64,000 nucleotides of DNA from Takakia lepidozioides (Eukaryota; Plantae; Bryophyta), in the NCBI GenBank assembly GCA_030704615.1, contig CM060733.1:76260001-76324000 (forward strand), written 5' to 3'. Numbering within the stretch: the stretch's first letter is position 1; each line of letters begins with the position of its first letter. The notes under the pieces were generated by a model. That model was not told the DNA's origin. It was given only the letters and a program-made list of their open reading frames with translations, and searched no databases. Made by a program: the position numbers and the translations under genes. This document shows, one piece after another, positions 11,173-22,001 of the stretch.

Positions 11173-14062
11173 ACAACTGCAATGGAAGAGCAAGGCTCTT
11201 CACACAGTGAGGGTGGACTAGCAGGGCATCCCGAGACTAAGAGGCAGAGACGGGGAAAGACTGTAGTGGCGGATCCACTGGCTTCACGGATTCCGCATGA
11301 TAATGTTTCCCAAGCTCATGTGCAGGAAGGGGCACAGCAACACAGAGAAATGTTATTACTGGAAGCAGGACCTTCCAAGAGGGAGGAGGAAGTTACTTCT
11401 GTATCACAACCATCACAGCCAGCTGATCGACTTGTCACAAGGTCACAAGTTGTCCATGCAGCTCAACCAGAAATAATTGATTTGGAAAGAGAAGGGTTAG
11501 ATATTCCAACTACAGAACAGATAGTGACAGAAATGGAGAAGGGGGACCTTCTCTATGAATATTCTGGTCTGGTCAAGGAGACAGAGATTCCAGAGGTGCA
11601 ACAGTTGCCCAAGGGAAATCCTGAGGTGCATATAATACACACACCTGTGTCGGAGGTACCACAGGCGGAAGGTCATGACACTGTAGCACCGGTGATAGAT
11701 GAAGTAGTTCAGGAAGAAAATCCGGTGGGACAATGGCCTGAATGGTTCGTGAGACATCACACTGTTGAAGATCAGGAGGAACAGCAGCAACCTCACCATG
11801 ATGACCCTCAACAGGCAATGCTGATGAGTTCCATAGGCATGACACTTAATTTGTTGGGGACTTATGTCAAATCCCATGTTCCAATTACCCAATTGACAGC
11901 CTTGAGAGAGGAACTCAGGAAGGAGTTTGAGGCTGGACTAGCCACTGAGTGTGCAAACAAGGTCGATGAAGAGGTCACTCTCAAGATGCAGCAGGACTTG
12001 GGAAATACAGAAGTGGCTTTGCAATTGGCCAAGGAACAATTGATTGAGGCAGGCCTCGCGCAAGACCAGTTACACGAAGCACATAAGCAACAGCTATACC
12101 AAATGCAGGTGCAGCATGAAAGCAAGTTGCAAGAAGTGAATGCACTACATACGGAGTTGCAGACAGTGCATGACAGGATGGCGATACAATGTGCTACATT
12201 CACAACTATGCTTGACCAATCTACAAAAGAAATAAACAGTCAAGCGGAAAAATGTACGAAGGCAAAAGAAGAGAATGTTGAGCAAATGAAGCTCATTGTC
12301 GATATGAAGAATACAATCTGTCGCAATGAAGATACTTTCAAGCAATACAAGCAGATTGAAGCTGATCAAGAGAAGCACATCGTGGAGTTGCAACAAACCA
12401 TCATGGCCAATAGAAATGAAATCGCGGTCAATAACAAGGCTTGGAAGGAAGCCAATAATCTACTTGCTGCTTATGTGCAATTGGTTGAACCTCAGGCGAA
12501 GCGCATGGAGGCTTTACAACAGCAGTTGGAATTGTACAAGCTAAGAGAGGAGCAAACTCTCAGGGGAACCACAAGCAACTTGGTGGATAACAGCCTTATG
12601 CAGGTCTGGTTAGCACAAGGGCCAGTAGAGGGCAAAGAACCACGAAAGCTCACCCAAAGCGAGATGAATGAGCTTAGGCTGCAGGTGCAGAACATTGCCA
12701 CAACTACTATAGACAATGTCTATAGTAGGATAGCAGAGTTACAAGAGGATGTAGACGGACTGCAGACTCAAGTGGAAGACCTCACTTCAAACATCGACAA
12801 AAGAGTCTATATCCCTCAGGAATAGCTAATGGCTTCTTATTTACAAGCCATAACTTTGGCTTTTCAGTCTTCACAGGAGGTGCAGGAGATGCCAATGATA
12901 CAAGAGCCAGTACCACCACCACCACAACAAGTCACTGTACCAGTAGCTGAACCTGTGGTTACTACAACCACACCACAGCCACCACAGCCACCACAGCCGG
13001 AGGTATGGGGCAATGCCGCTTTTAACCCACCTAAAACTCCAGCTGCAAGGGAGTACAGTAGGGCTATGATTATGCCCTTCAACCAAATTCCCATCATGTT
13101 GGATTTGGCTTGGAAAGAATTTAGTCCTCCGCAGTCATTCGCACATTACTACCAAATCATGCGTATTTGGCTGCCAGTGGCAACTAGGACTAAAGTTCTT
13201 CCAAACAATCGACATATTGAAGATCATCACTTTGCACAATACTGGCACGAGGCAGGTACCATGTTGAGGGAATTGATTGCTTTCCAGGTTGTACATGGAC
13301 TCATTTACACCAAGACTAAGGAGGTAGCAAGTATTGTCATGGGATGTATACTACGCTGCTTGTTTTCTGGTACGTTACCACATTGAGCAACAAAAGATGC
13401 AAACACGCTTTCTGAGTTATTCCAGTGGAGATCATTGGGTATTACCTTCGGTGCCACCTCATATGTACCTATATGACCCAAAAGTTATGATGCAAAAGGA
13501 TTCTCAAATTTGTTCATGGTTTCAAGCGGCCTGGAACCATTTGTCAACACAGAAATTTGGCATTGATGACATTTTCTATAAGGGACATGTGGCATGGAAA
13601 TACTTGCACGCTGCACCAGTAATTGGTACCCCACTCACCTGGACAGACAAGGAGCTCAGTGTCTACACCAATTTTGCTGTTCAGCGGTTACACCAAGTTG
13701 TAGAATACAAACTTCCAGACATGGTAGGACAGCATTGTATGCCCCAGATGATTCCACAAAAAGTTCAAAAATTAAAACACCTGAGAGGCGATGAGGATTC
13801 TGATACAACTGTTTCTTCACCGAATTCTTTTGACATGGGAGAAGACTATGCAGTTCAGATGGCAGAGAAGAAGCGACGGGGGTCTCCTATGCCGGAAAGG
13901 TTACCTCGATATCAGCCTCCAGAGGGCCTCACTTATCCAGGTAGTGATCAACCATCTCCGTCAACCAGAGCCAGACCTCGGGCTCGTACACACAGTCCGC
14001 CACGAAACTCTCAACGTCAAAAAGGTGCTCACTCACAAAGGTTTGCTAGTCGAAATCAGTAA
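11173..14062 (+). pseudogene. Remainder of the large extra (post-integrase) ORF of family B; coiled-coil rich, function unknown
   Basis: ORFs 11182..12825, 12829..13386, 13334..14062 are collinear with copy 2 (34010-35715). Confidence 0.8.
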
Positions 14063-14100
14063 ACCGTGAGGACACGGCTTTTTGAGGGGGGAAGGGGTAA

Positions 14101-15050
14101 TGTTAGAGGACTGTCGGGGACTTAGACACTTATACGGGATCTGTAGGGTACCCTTAATTTTTGCACAGACTGAGACCAACAGGAGCCTTAGGGGTGACAG
14201 CAGCGCACTGTAGAGGGGGGTTACACAGCCCGTCACAGTCGTCACAGTCGTCACAGCCGACACAGCCAACACAGCCCGTCACAGTCGTCACAGCCGACAC
14301 AGCCAACACAGCCCGGCACAGCCACACAGCCAGTCACAGCCCGACACAGCCAAACACAGTCGCACAGCCAGTCACAGCCCGTCACAGTTTCACACAGCCA
14401 GTCACAGCTTGACACAGCTGTCACGATCATAGGGAACGAAGAGTAGGACAGGGAACGACTGTGGGGAACAACACCTGCGAAGGGAACATGTTAGTTCACA
14501 GACGACGGTTAGTGAGGAAAACGGTTAGAACCACGGATAGGAAGATAAAGGGAGAAACGGGGAATTGAGGGATATCATTCGGAGGAGGACTTCTTGGTCA
14601 TGGAGGAGAGGGGATCGGGCAGAGATGAAGAACGGAAGTGAAGATAGAGAGATGATGAGTAGATGCTTGATATATGTAAGGCTGTAATGATATTGTAGAG
14701 CAGATTAGAGACACAATGGCTTCGGCCTGATACCTGATAAATCATAATCGGATACTTTTACGATACAATCATACTGTGTAGAGAGATCTGAGTGAAGCTG
14801 TGGAATGAATGGATGAGTTGATGGAATCCAATAGATTGATAAAGCAAACTGATACTTAATTATCAATGGTAAGATAGCTAACATGAATACCAAAAGGGAA
14901 ACAAATAGGAAACACCCCCATGATACACTAGCTGTAGGTCATGACTGATTGTTCTGCGCGGGCTGAGTACTTAGAGATTTCCAACTCTTCTATCTTGGAG
15001 TTTCCGCCTCGAATAGCGAAGGGATGGGTGAGTAGAAGCCGCGCGACAGC
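14101..15050 (+). repeat. 3' LTR of family B copy 1, about 75 bp short at its 3' end; PPT at about 14084-14097
   Basis: GAGGGGGGAAGGGG-TAA-TGTTAGA; aligns with 35754-36645; CACAGC repeat block at 14223-14425. Confidence 0.88.
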
Positions 15051-16183
15051 AGCCGACCTCGACATTCATGAACGAAATTTGAGGACTCTTGCAGAGAAGG
15101 AGCCTCCCGCTCAAGATACCCCGGGTAGAGGTAGAAAGGCAAAGGGAAAAGATGTTGTTGGTGTTGTGGGGAAAGGAAGGGGTAGAGGGAAGGTGGCACA
15201 AGTGCAGGGAAGTGTTGCAGATATTGGCCCAATGGTGCATGTCCAGCAGACTCCACCGCATGGTAGGGGATCCGTGAGAAAGAACAAGGGGGTGGTTGAT
15301 CCCAAAGACCCGTACCATGCAGTGGAACATCCGACGAGGGTCATTCGCCCTACCAGGTTGGAGATGGCCAACGTCGGATTCCTTGCCATGATGGAGTCCA
15401 AGAAATCTGATTACAAGGGCGAGCCATCACCAGTGTGGGAGAGGATTGTAGAGTTCCTCGGCACGGTGCGTGTTCTCTTTTGCTTCTTCTCTGCAGTGGG
15501 CATGGATCATTTCAATCCTCTTGAGTATTCCATTGTAATTTTGTTTGCAGGCTAAAATGACCAAATCCTGGGTGAACGGGAGGGAGAAGCAATATGCAGC
15601 CGAACTCATAATCTTGGACATCCCTGATGGTTGGCAGTCCCGGATGTCCCTCCATCCGGTGCTTGTCCGGGTTGGAATGCTTTTGATGAGCGCTACTGGT
15701 GGTGGGTTTTCTCCTTTTGCAATTTTTTCCTGTCCGATGCAGGTGTTTTGGTGCTCATACAGTCCGCCGACGTTCGCTGTCGCCGTGCACTTGCCAGCTA
15801 TTTGAAAGCCTCGGGCATGAGAGTCCTGAAGACATGGAATTGTGTGAACAGCATGTACTTTACGAAGGGGGATCGTCCGGGAGAGATGGTAAATTTGCCT
15901 TCTTCTTCCTCTTCTTGGTGGTTCTCGGATGGAGTTGTGTAGGTCGCTCGAACTCATATGTAGGGGCCTGATTTGTGAAGCTTCTTAGTTCCTTCTAGAT
16001 GTGTTGTTCGCAGACTCGTTTGTTTGAAGTTGTTTGTCTCGTCCAAGTGCATCCACCAACGACTCTGGCCGGCATTTCGGAGTTCGCCATCACTCATGGG
16101 GGCAAGTTCATAGACGACAGGACAGATCCTCCCACAGATGACATGCACCACAACTACGTCGACAGCAACGTCTGCTTGCGAAG
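15051..16183 (+). pseudogene. Partial spliced gene with a beta-class amino-MTase-like domain (paralogue of 25500-26150)
   Basis: AELIILDIPDG...PGWNAFDERYWWWVFSFCNFFLSDAGVLVLIQS...KTWNCVN; introns at about 15466-15550 and 15889-16013; frameshift at about 15631; cut by the N gap. Confidence 0.6.
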
Positions 16184-16683
16184 NNNNNNNNNNNNNNNNN
16201 NNNNNNNNNNNNNNNNNNNNNNNNNNNNNNNNNNNNNNNNNNNNNNNNNNNNNNNNNNNNNNNNNNNNNNNNNNNNNNNNNNNNNNNNNNNNNNNNNNNN
16301 NNNNNNNNNNNNNNNNNNNNNNNNNNNNNNNNNNNNNNNNNNNNNNNNNNNNNNNNNNNNNNNNNNNNNNNNNNNNNNNNNNNNNNNNNNNNNNNNNNNN
16401 NNNNNNNNNNNNNNNNNNNNNNNNNNNNNNNNNNNNNNNNNNNNNNNNNNNNNNNNNNNNNNNNNNNNNNNNNNNNNNNNNNNNNNNNNNNNNNNNNNNN
16501 NNNNNNNNNNNNNNNNNNNNNNNNNNNNNNNNNNNNNNNNNNNNNNNNNNNNNNNNNNNNNNNNNNNNNNNNNNNNNNNNNNNNNNNNNNNNNNNNNNNN
16601 NNNNNNNNNNNNNNNNNNNNNNNNNNNNNNNNNNNNNNNNNNNNNNNNNNNNNNNNNNNNNNNNNNNNNNNNNNNNNNNNNNN
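16184..16683. other. Assembly gap (500 N)
   Basis: Run of exactly 500 N. Confidence 1.
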
Positions 16684-16979
16684 AGCTCGACAGAAGTGTC
16701 CCCACCAGGATTCGGCGTGTGTATCAGATGGCCACGGCGGGCTCAGCTGTTCGCAATGAGGTGTACACCATCACCATTTCAGAATTACCCACCTGCAATT
16801 GCACCGACTTCCAGATCATGGCGAACAAGGGGGCATCATACTGCCCTTGCAAGCATTTGTACTACGTGTACCTAAAGAGACTCCGTTGTAATTCCACAAC
16901 TCATCACTTCATACATGCACCAGGGTTGAGCCCCCAGGAGGTTCACACTCTTCTGAATATGGATCCAGGGGACCAGTGA
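16684..16979 (+). CDS. C-terminal fragment of a SWIM zinc-finger protein
   Basis: YTITISELPTCNCTDF-x10-PCKHLYYV matches the SWIM CxC-xn-CxH pattern; 5' end lost in the gap. Confidence 0.8.
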
Positions 16980-17727
16980 GCTTGGCTTGCGGTCCCCATA
17001 CAATGGTACGCCCATCCTTTTCGGATAGTAGAACTGTACTGCTGCCAGTACCTCAGACTCTGGCCACAGAAAGGTCCGACATATGTCTTGCCTACCAGTA
17101 ACCTGTTTTGCTCGAACTAAGATATTACTATATCGTTCACTTGTTTCCACGTGCATGTATTTTTGTATGTTGGAGGGTTCATGTTTTTCTGCTTTCCGAA
17201 AACTTGCTTTCCTCATTCGACCTCCGACAAGGAAATGCGGCGCCGCATTTCCAAGTATCGTCGTAGGTACTGGTAGAGGCGGCCTTCGCCAACACCAAAC
17301 CGCTCCGAAATTTCGCACGTGCGAACCCTAATGCGGCACCCTATTTCCCAGTTCAGTTGCAAACCTTTCCCGCCGAATACCCGAAGAAGACAGAATTGTG
17401 AAGTACTGCAGACTGTATTGGTGCAGACTCCATTGGTTCAATCGCGACAAAAGGGTCAGCTTCATTCCAATGTTAAGGCATGTAGAACTGCGGAATACTC
17501 TATACAGGCCAGTATGCGACGTCCTTTTGAAGTGGTATACTGGATTTCCCGTTGCACGGTCACTTATTTCCATGAGCGGATCTAAAAAACCATGAGCGGA
17601 CTTGTTACTGACGACATATCTTCGCCGCATTACATGATCTGGAACGTCCAAAAACGGCAAGGTAAAATAAAAAACTATTATTTTAATACTTGTTTAATCT
17701 GCCGCATTTCCAAATTTGGAGGAGTCC

Positions 17728-17830
17728 GCTCATGAAATCCGCGTATCTTAGACTTCGGCTCACCGCTCATGCGGCTCATGCGGCTCATGGCTCATGGCTC
17801 ATGGTTTCTGCTCATGAAATAGTAAACCTC
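17728..17830. repeat. Short GCTCATG tandem cluster, possibly a subterminal repeat of the SWIM/palindrome-bearing element
   Basis: About 7 GCTCATG copies just before the switch to Gypsy sequence. Confidence 0.45.
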
Positions 17831-17957
17831 AGAGTAGCCCCATCGTTAGTCGCCATCTTGCAATCTGTGAACTTGAGCCAGGACCTCGTGTATTCAAGGT
17901 CTCCTGTAGCTGGGCCTTGCGTTGCTTGTTAGCCTTCCATGGTTGTATCCACTCCCA

Positions 17958-19455
17958 CTATCCAATGCAATGTGGACATAACCAATCCCCATCCGGAACC
18001 ATCTCAAGAGGTGGAGTCAAGCATCTCATATGCCAACCTCTAGAGCATCGATCACACACCAGCATGGTGGCTGCCCCTCTAGCAGACCCACACAACATGC
18101 ACCTCAAACTTGCAGATACCACTGCCAGGTTTGGGTCAATCCTGCCATCAACATTCGGAAGGTGACATGGCGCCTACAATTACGCACATGGTCCTTCCAA
18201 GTTATGCCATCCCGACCCTCCAAGACCAAGACGCCTGAGGGTAAGACCTCCCGAACCCTCAAAATAACACGTCCTGCAGTCACATCCAAGGTCGTAGGAG
18301 CAGTCTGCTGCAGATAGACGTAGTCACCAGGGTTGAATCTCCGAACCCCAGGACGCTAGCCCCCACCACGTATGGTAGCATACCTCAACGTATCACGGTG
18401 TTGTGCAATGGCAAGGTTCTTGAAAGCCATGGGCATGACTTTCTTGAACAACTCTGCACGCTGCTCACATGCACATGCCCACACGTCCGGATCGTCAAGA
18501 TTAAGAACTGTAGCAGCTTCTCTGCGAATGGATGTAGGCAAATCCGGCTCTCGGCCAAAGAAAAGAAAATATGGTGAAAAGGAGGCAAGTGATGCTTGCT
18601 TGCTGAACCTGTAGCCCATGGCTAACCAGGGTAACTGAAGGTCCCAATCTCCTAGGTGTCCCTTCTGCAAGTCATACTTGCGCAAACCCCTCTTTACTGT
18701 CTGAACAACTCTCTCTGCCAAGCCATCGGCCTCAGGATGATCCCGAGAAGTGGTGCGGTGGTCTATCAAGGCCTTGTCACACAAAGCCTAAAACTCCCCC
18801 AAGAACTCTCTCCCTTGGTCCGTGAGTACCTCAGCTGGAGCACCGAATCGGCTAAGCTCACAATCCAAGAATGCATACGCAGCTCCTTCACTAGCCTTAT
18901 CAGGCAATGGAACCAACTCAATCCACTTGGAGAAGTGCTCCACCATGACCAACACGTACTTGTTATGGCGCATGGTCAGTGGCAACGGCCCTGCGAAGTC
19001 AAGACTCCACCTGTAGCCCAATCCCATGATCGGAAGAAGGTGCAATTGTGGAGTAGGGGCGTTGAATGAAGCACGCACCCTGTCACACACCATGCACCTA
19101 GCCACAAATTGTTGCACCTCTGTGTGCATACCACGCCACCAATACTGCCCTTGCAGTAAATATGAGTGCGTCGCACCCCAAAATGCCCCAACTCCTCATG
19201 GGCATGCCGCACTAACCGTGCCCGCTGTGTTGGGTGAGGCACAATCCTCACTCGACCATCCTCCTACACTTGGAGCAGGTGTGTCCCCTCCCACTTGAAC
19301 CTCTTGGCTCGTTGTAGGATCCGATCCCTCTCCTTGGCAGTCACAGTGGCTGCAGTGTCTCCAGTGCGGAGGTAGTCCAACACAACTAAATCCTCATGTA
19401 TATCTTTGGCGCCACCTTGCTCATTGCTGGCCTCAGGATCCTCAGATACTTGATC
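17958..19455 (-). mobile_element. Ty3/Gypsy integrase fragment with C-terminal PHD finger (family C)
   Basis: HEELGHFG..CMVC, WSLDFAGP, LTDQGREF, HPEADGLAE; then CMLC-x10-CDRC-x4-H-x2-C...WLCPHC at 17967-18101. Confidence 0.9.
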
Positions 19456-19931
19456 TTTCCCAAGTTGCGGAGGACAGCAAACTATAGCGTAGGAATTCGG
19501 AGCCATCGAACACCGCACGGAGTTGGCAAGTGCGAGGTTCAGTATAGCGACAGACCAAGGCTCACAGGCACCATCTAAGTGGATCTGCGGAGTCCATCGA
19601 CGATTGGAAGTCGCACATTGAAGTGGAAAGTATTGTTTCAAGCTACATGCATGAAGGTGGGAGGTTTGATTCCATAGCCAGTAAGTATGACAATGATGGC
19701 CGATTCGGTGACGAAAAAACATCTCCTGACAGTTTCTCCTGAGGGTGGATCCAGCAGTATTCTCGGTGCAGACAGGAACGTTCGCACTGACAAGTGCCAG
19801 GACTGTTAGTTAAAACAGTCAGACAACCAAGTTGTGCTTATCAAGACTGGCCGCAATGTTGTTTCGGAACAATGCAACCCATTCAGGTTCCAGATTTCCC
19901 GTCCCGAGTGATTCTTTCGATTGTTGGTGGA

Positions 19932-21610
19932 CGGAAATACGGCGCCGCATTTCCGTTTTGCTTCTTGGTCATGCTCCAAAGCGACGGAAATGCGGCACCG
20001 AGTTTCCGTCCGGGGGAAACCTTTATACTCTCCAGAACGGAAATGCGGTAACGCATTTCCATCCAGCAAGCACGGTATGTGAAGGTGGAACGGAAATGCG
20101 GTACCGCGTTTCCGTTCTGATTGAGAATTATGAACAACGGGAACAGAAATGCGGCACCGCATTTCCGTCCGAGTCGCACTTTTCCGACATTCCAGAACGG
20201 AAATGCGGCGCCGCATTTCCATTTTGTATCTGATGCATGGAGCTGAGGGATAGAAATGTTGCAGCACATTTCCGTCCTTAAAAGACATTCATACTCTCCA
20301 TAACGGAAATGCGGTACCACATTTCCATCCACCAAGCATGGTATGTGAAGGTGGAACGGAAATGCGGTACCGCATTTCCGTTCTGATTGAGAATTATGAA
20401 CAACGGGAACAGAAATGCGGCACCGCATTTCCGTTCTGATTGAGAATTATGAACAACGGGAACAGAAATGCGGCACTGCATTTCTGTCCGAGTCGCACTT
20501 TCTGACATTCCAGAACGGAAATGCGGCGCCGCATTTCCATTTTGTATCTGATGCATGGAGCCGAGTGCGATTCCGACAGCTTCATACAGCGCAATTCCGA
20601 CCGCTTGAGACATTCATACTATCCAGAACGGAAATGCGGTACTGCATTTCCGTTCTGACTGAAAATCGTGAACCATCGGAACTGAAATGCGGCAGCGTAT
20701 TTCCATCCGAGTCGCACCTCCCAACATTCCAGAACGGAAATGCGGCACCGCATTTCCGTTCTGATGAAATATCCTGAAACATCGGAACTGAAATGCGGGC
20801 GGTACCGCATTTCCGTCGGAGTCGCACCTTCCGACATTCCAAAACGGAAATGCGGCGCCGCATTTCCGTTTTGTATGTGAGGCATGGAGTTGTGGAACGA
20901 AAATGCGGCACAACATTTCCGCCAGCGTCAGACGTTAATACTCTACAGAACGGAAATGCGGTACCGCATTTTCGTTCTGACTGAAAATCGTGCGCAAGGG
21001 GAACAGAAATGCGGCACCGCATTTCCGTCCGAGTCGCACCTTCCGACATTCTAGAACGGAAATGCGGCGCCGCATTTCCGTTTTGTATATGGGGCCTGGA
21101 GCTGTGCTACGGAAATGTGTTGCCGCATTTCCATCCATGTGAGACCTTCAAACTTTCCAGACCGGAAATGCGGCACCGCATTTCTGTCCAGGTGAGACCT
21201 CTATACTTTCCCGAACGGAAATGTGGCACGGTATTTCCATTCATCAACTAACGTATGTGAAGGGGGAACGGAAATGCGGTGCCGCATTTCCATTCACATT
21301 GAAAATCTTGAACCACGGGAACTGAAATGTTGTGCCTCATTCCCGTCCGAATCGCACCTTTCGACATTCCAGAACGGAAATGCGGCGCCGCATTTCCCTT
21401 TTGAATCTCATACATGGAGCTGTGGGACGGAAATGCGGCACCGTATTTCGTTCAACAACTAAGGTATGTGAAGGTGGAACGGAAATGCGGTGCTGCATTT
21501 TCTTCCAACAAGTACGGATGTGTAGCTTCGTGATGGTACTTAACGGAAATGCGGCGCCGCATTCGCATTTTCGCTCCAACTCAGCAGACGCTTGGACGGA
21601 AATGCCTTGA
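19932..21610. repeat. Array of about 31 palindromes (C)GGAAATGCGG-NN-CCGCATTTCC(G) at a 53-bp period
   Basis: Starts at 19932, 19985, 20038, 20091, 20144, 20198, 20251, 20304, 20357, 20410, 20463, 20516 ... 21322, 21375, 21428; 29-bp spacers of about five recurring types. Confidence 0.97.
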
Positions 21611-22001
21611 AATGTGAACACGTGGAGCAACGGAATTGCTGCACATGTCGGCACTCTATCTGACTGAAGGGGCATGAGGCGGCGCGGCCTGACCGTTGGA
21701 TAATGATGTTTGTTTTTCGGACGGCAGGCGTACCCTGAACGATTCGAATTTCGTAATGACGCAAAGTCCACGAGGAGACACTTTCGTCCAACCCTTTCGA
21801 ACCCAAGTGGTGCATCACCGCCGTTTCATCTACTTTTGTCGTGTCTCCTCAGTCACCCCTCTCGCGCCCTTTCCATCTGCACTCTTTGCCCCTTTTCCCT
21901 CTCTCTGTTCTTCTTATGCTCGAACCTGAGAGGGGGGGAGTTCGTGCACCAGACAGGAGACCTCGTCGCAAGCTCCGGAAATTATACTTCGGACGTAGGC
22001 C

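Larger units (their letters stand above)
4907..15050 (+). mobile_element. Non-chromovirus Ty3/Gypsy element (family B, copy 1) with internal inversion, large extra ORF and truncated 3' LTR
   Basis: gag, two CCHC-like knuckles, LIDGGS protease, RT to VFLDDF, inverted RNaseH-INT, extra ORF, PPT, LTR starting TGTTAGA. Confidence 0.9.

Noticed and set aside
15999-16979. ORFs spanning the N run, implying an MTase-like/SWIM fusion
   Set aside because: The gap is a fixed 500-N placeholder, so adjacency and frame across it are unknown.
16872-17660. Possible small minus-strand gene with an HTH-like VRTCEISERFGVGEGRLYQYL segment
   Set aside because: Could not build a consistent exon structure; resemblance too short to call.
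19932-21610. True CRISPR array
   Set aside because: Eukaryotic context, no cas genes, and spacers recur in a higher-order pattern instead of being unique acquisitions.
19794-21818. Many overlapping ORFs with repeated NGNAAPHF / TEMRRRIS / RKCGAAFP peptides
   Set aside because: Translations of the palindromic array on both strands; the 53-bp period is not a multiple of 3.
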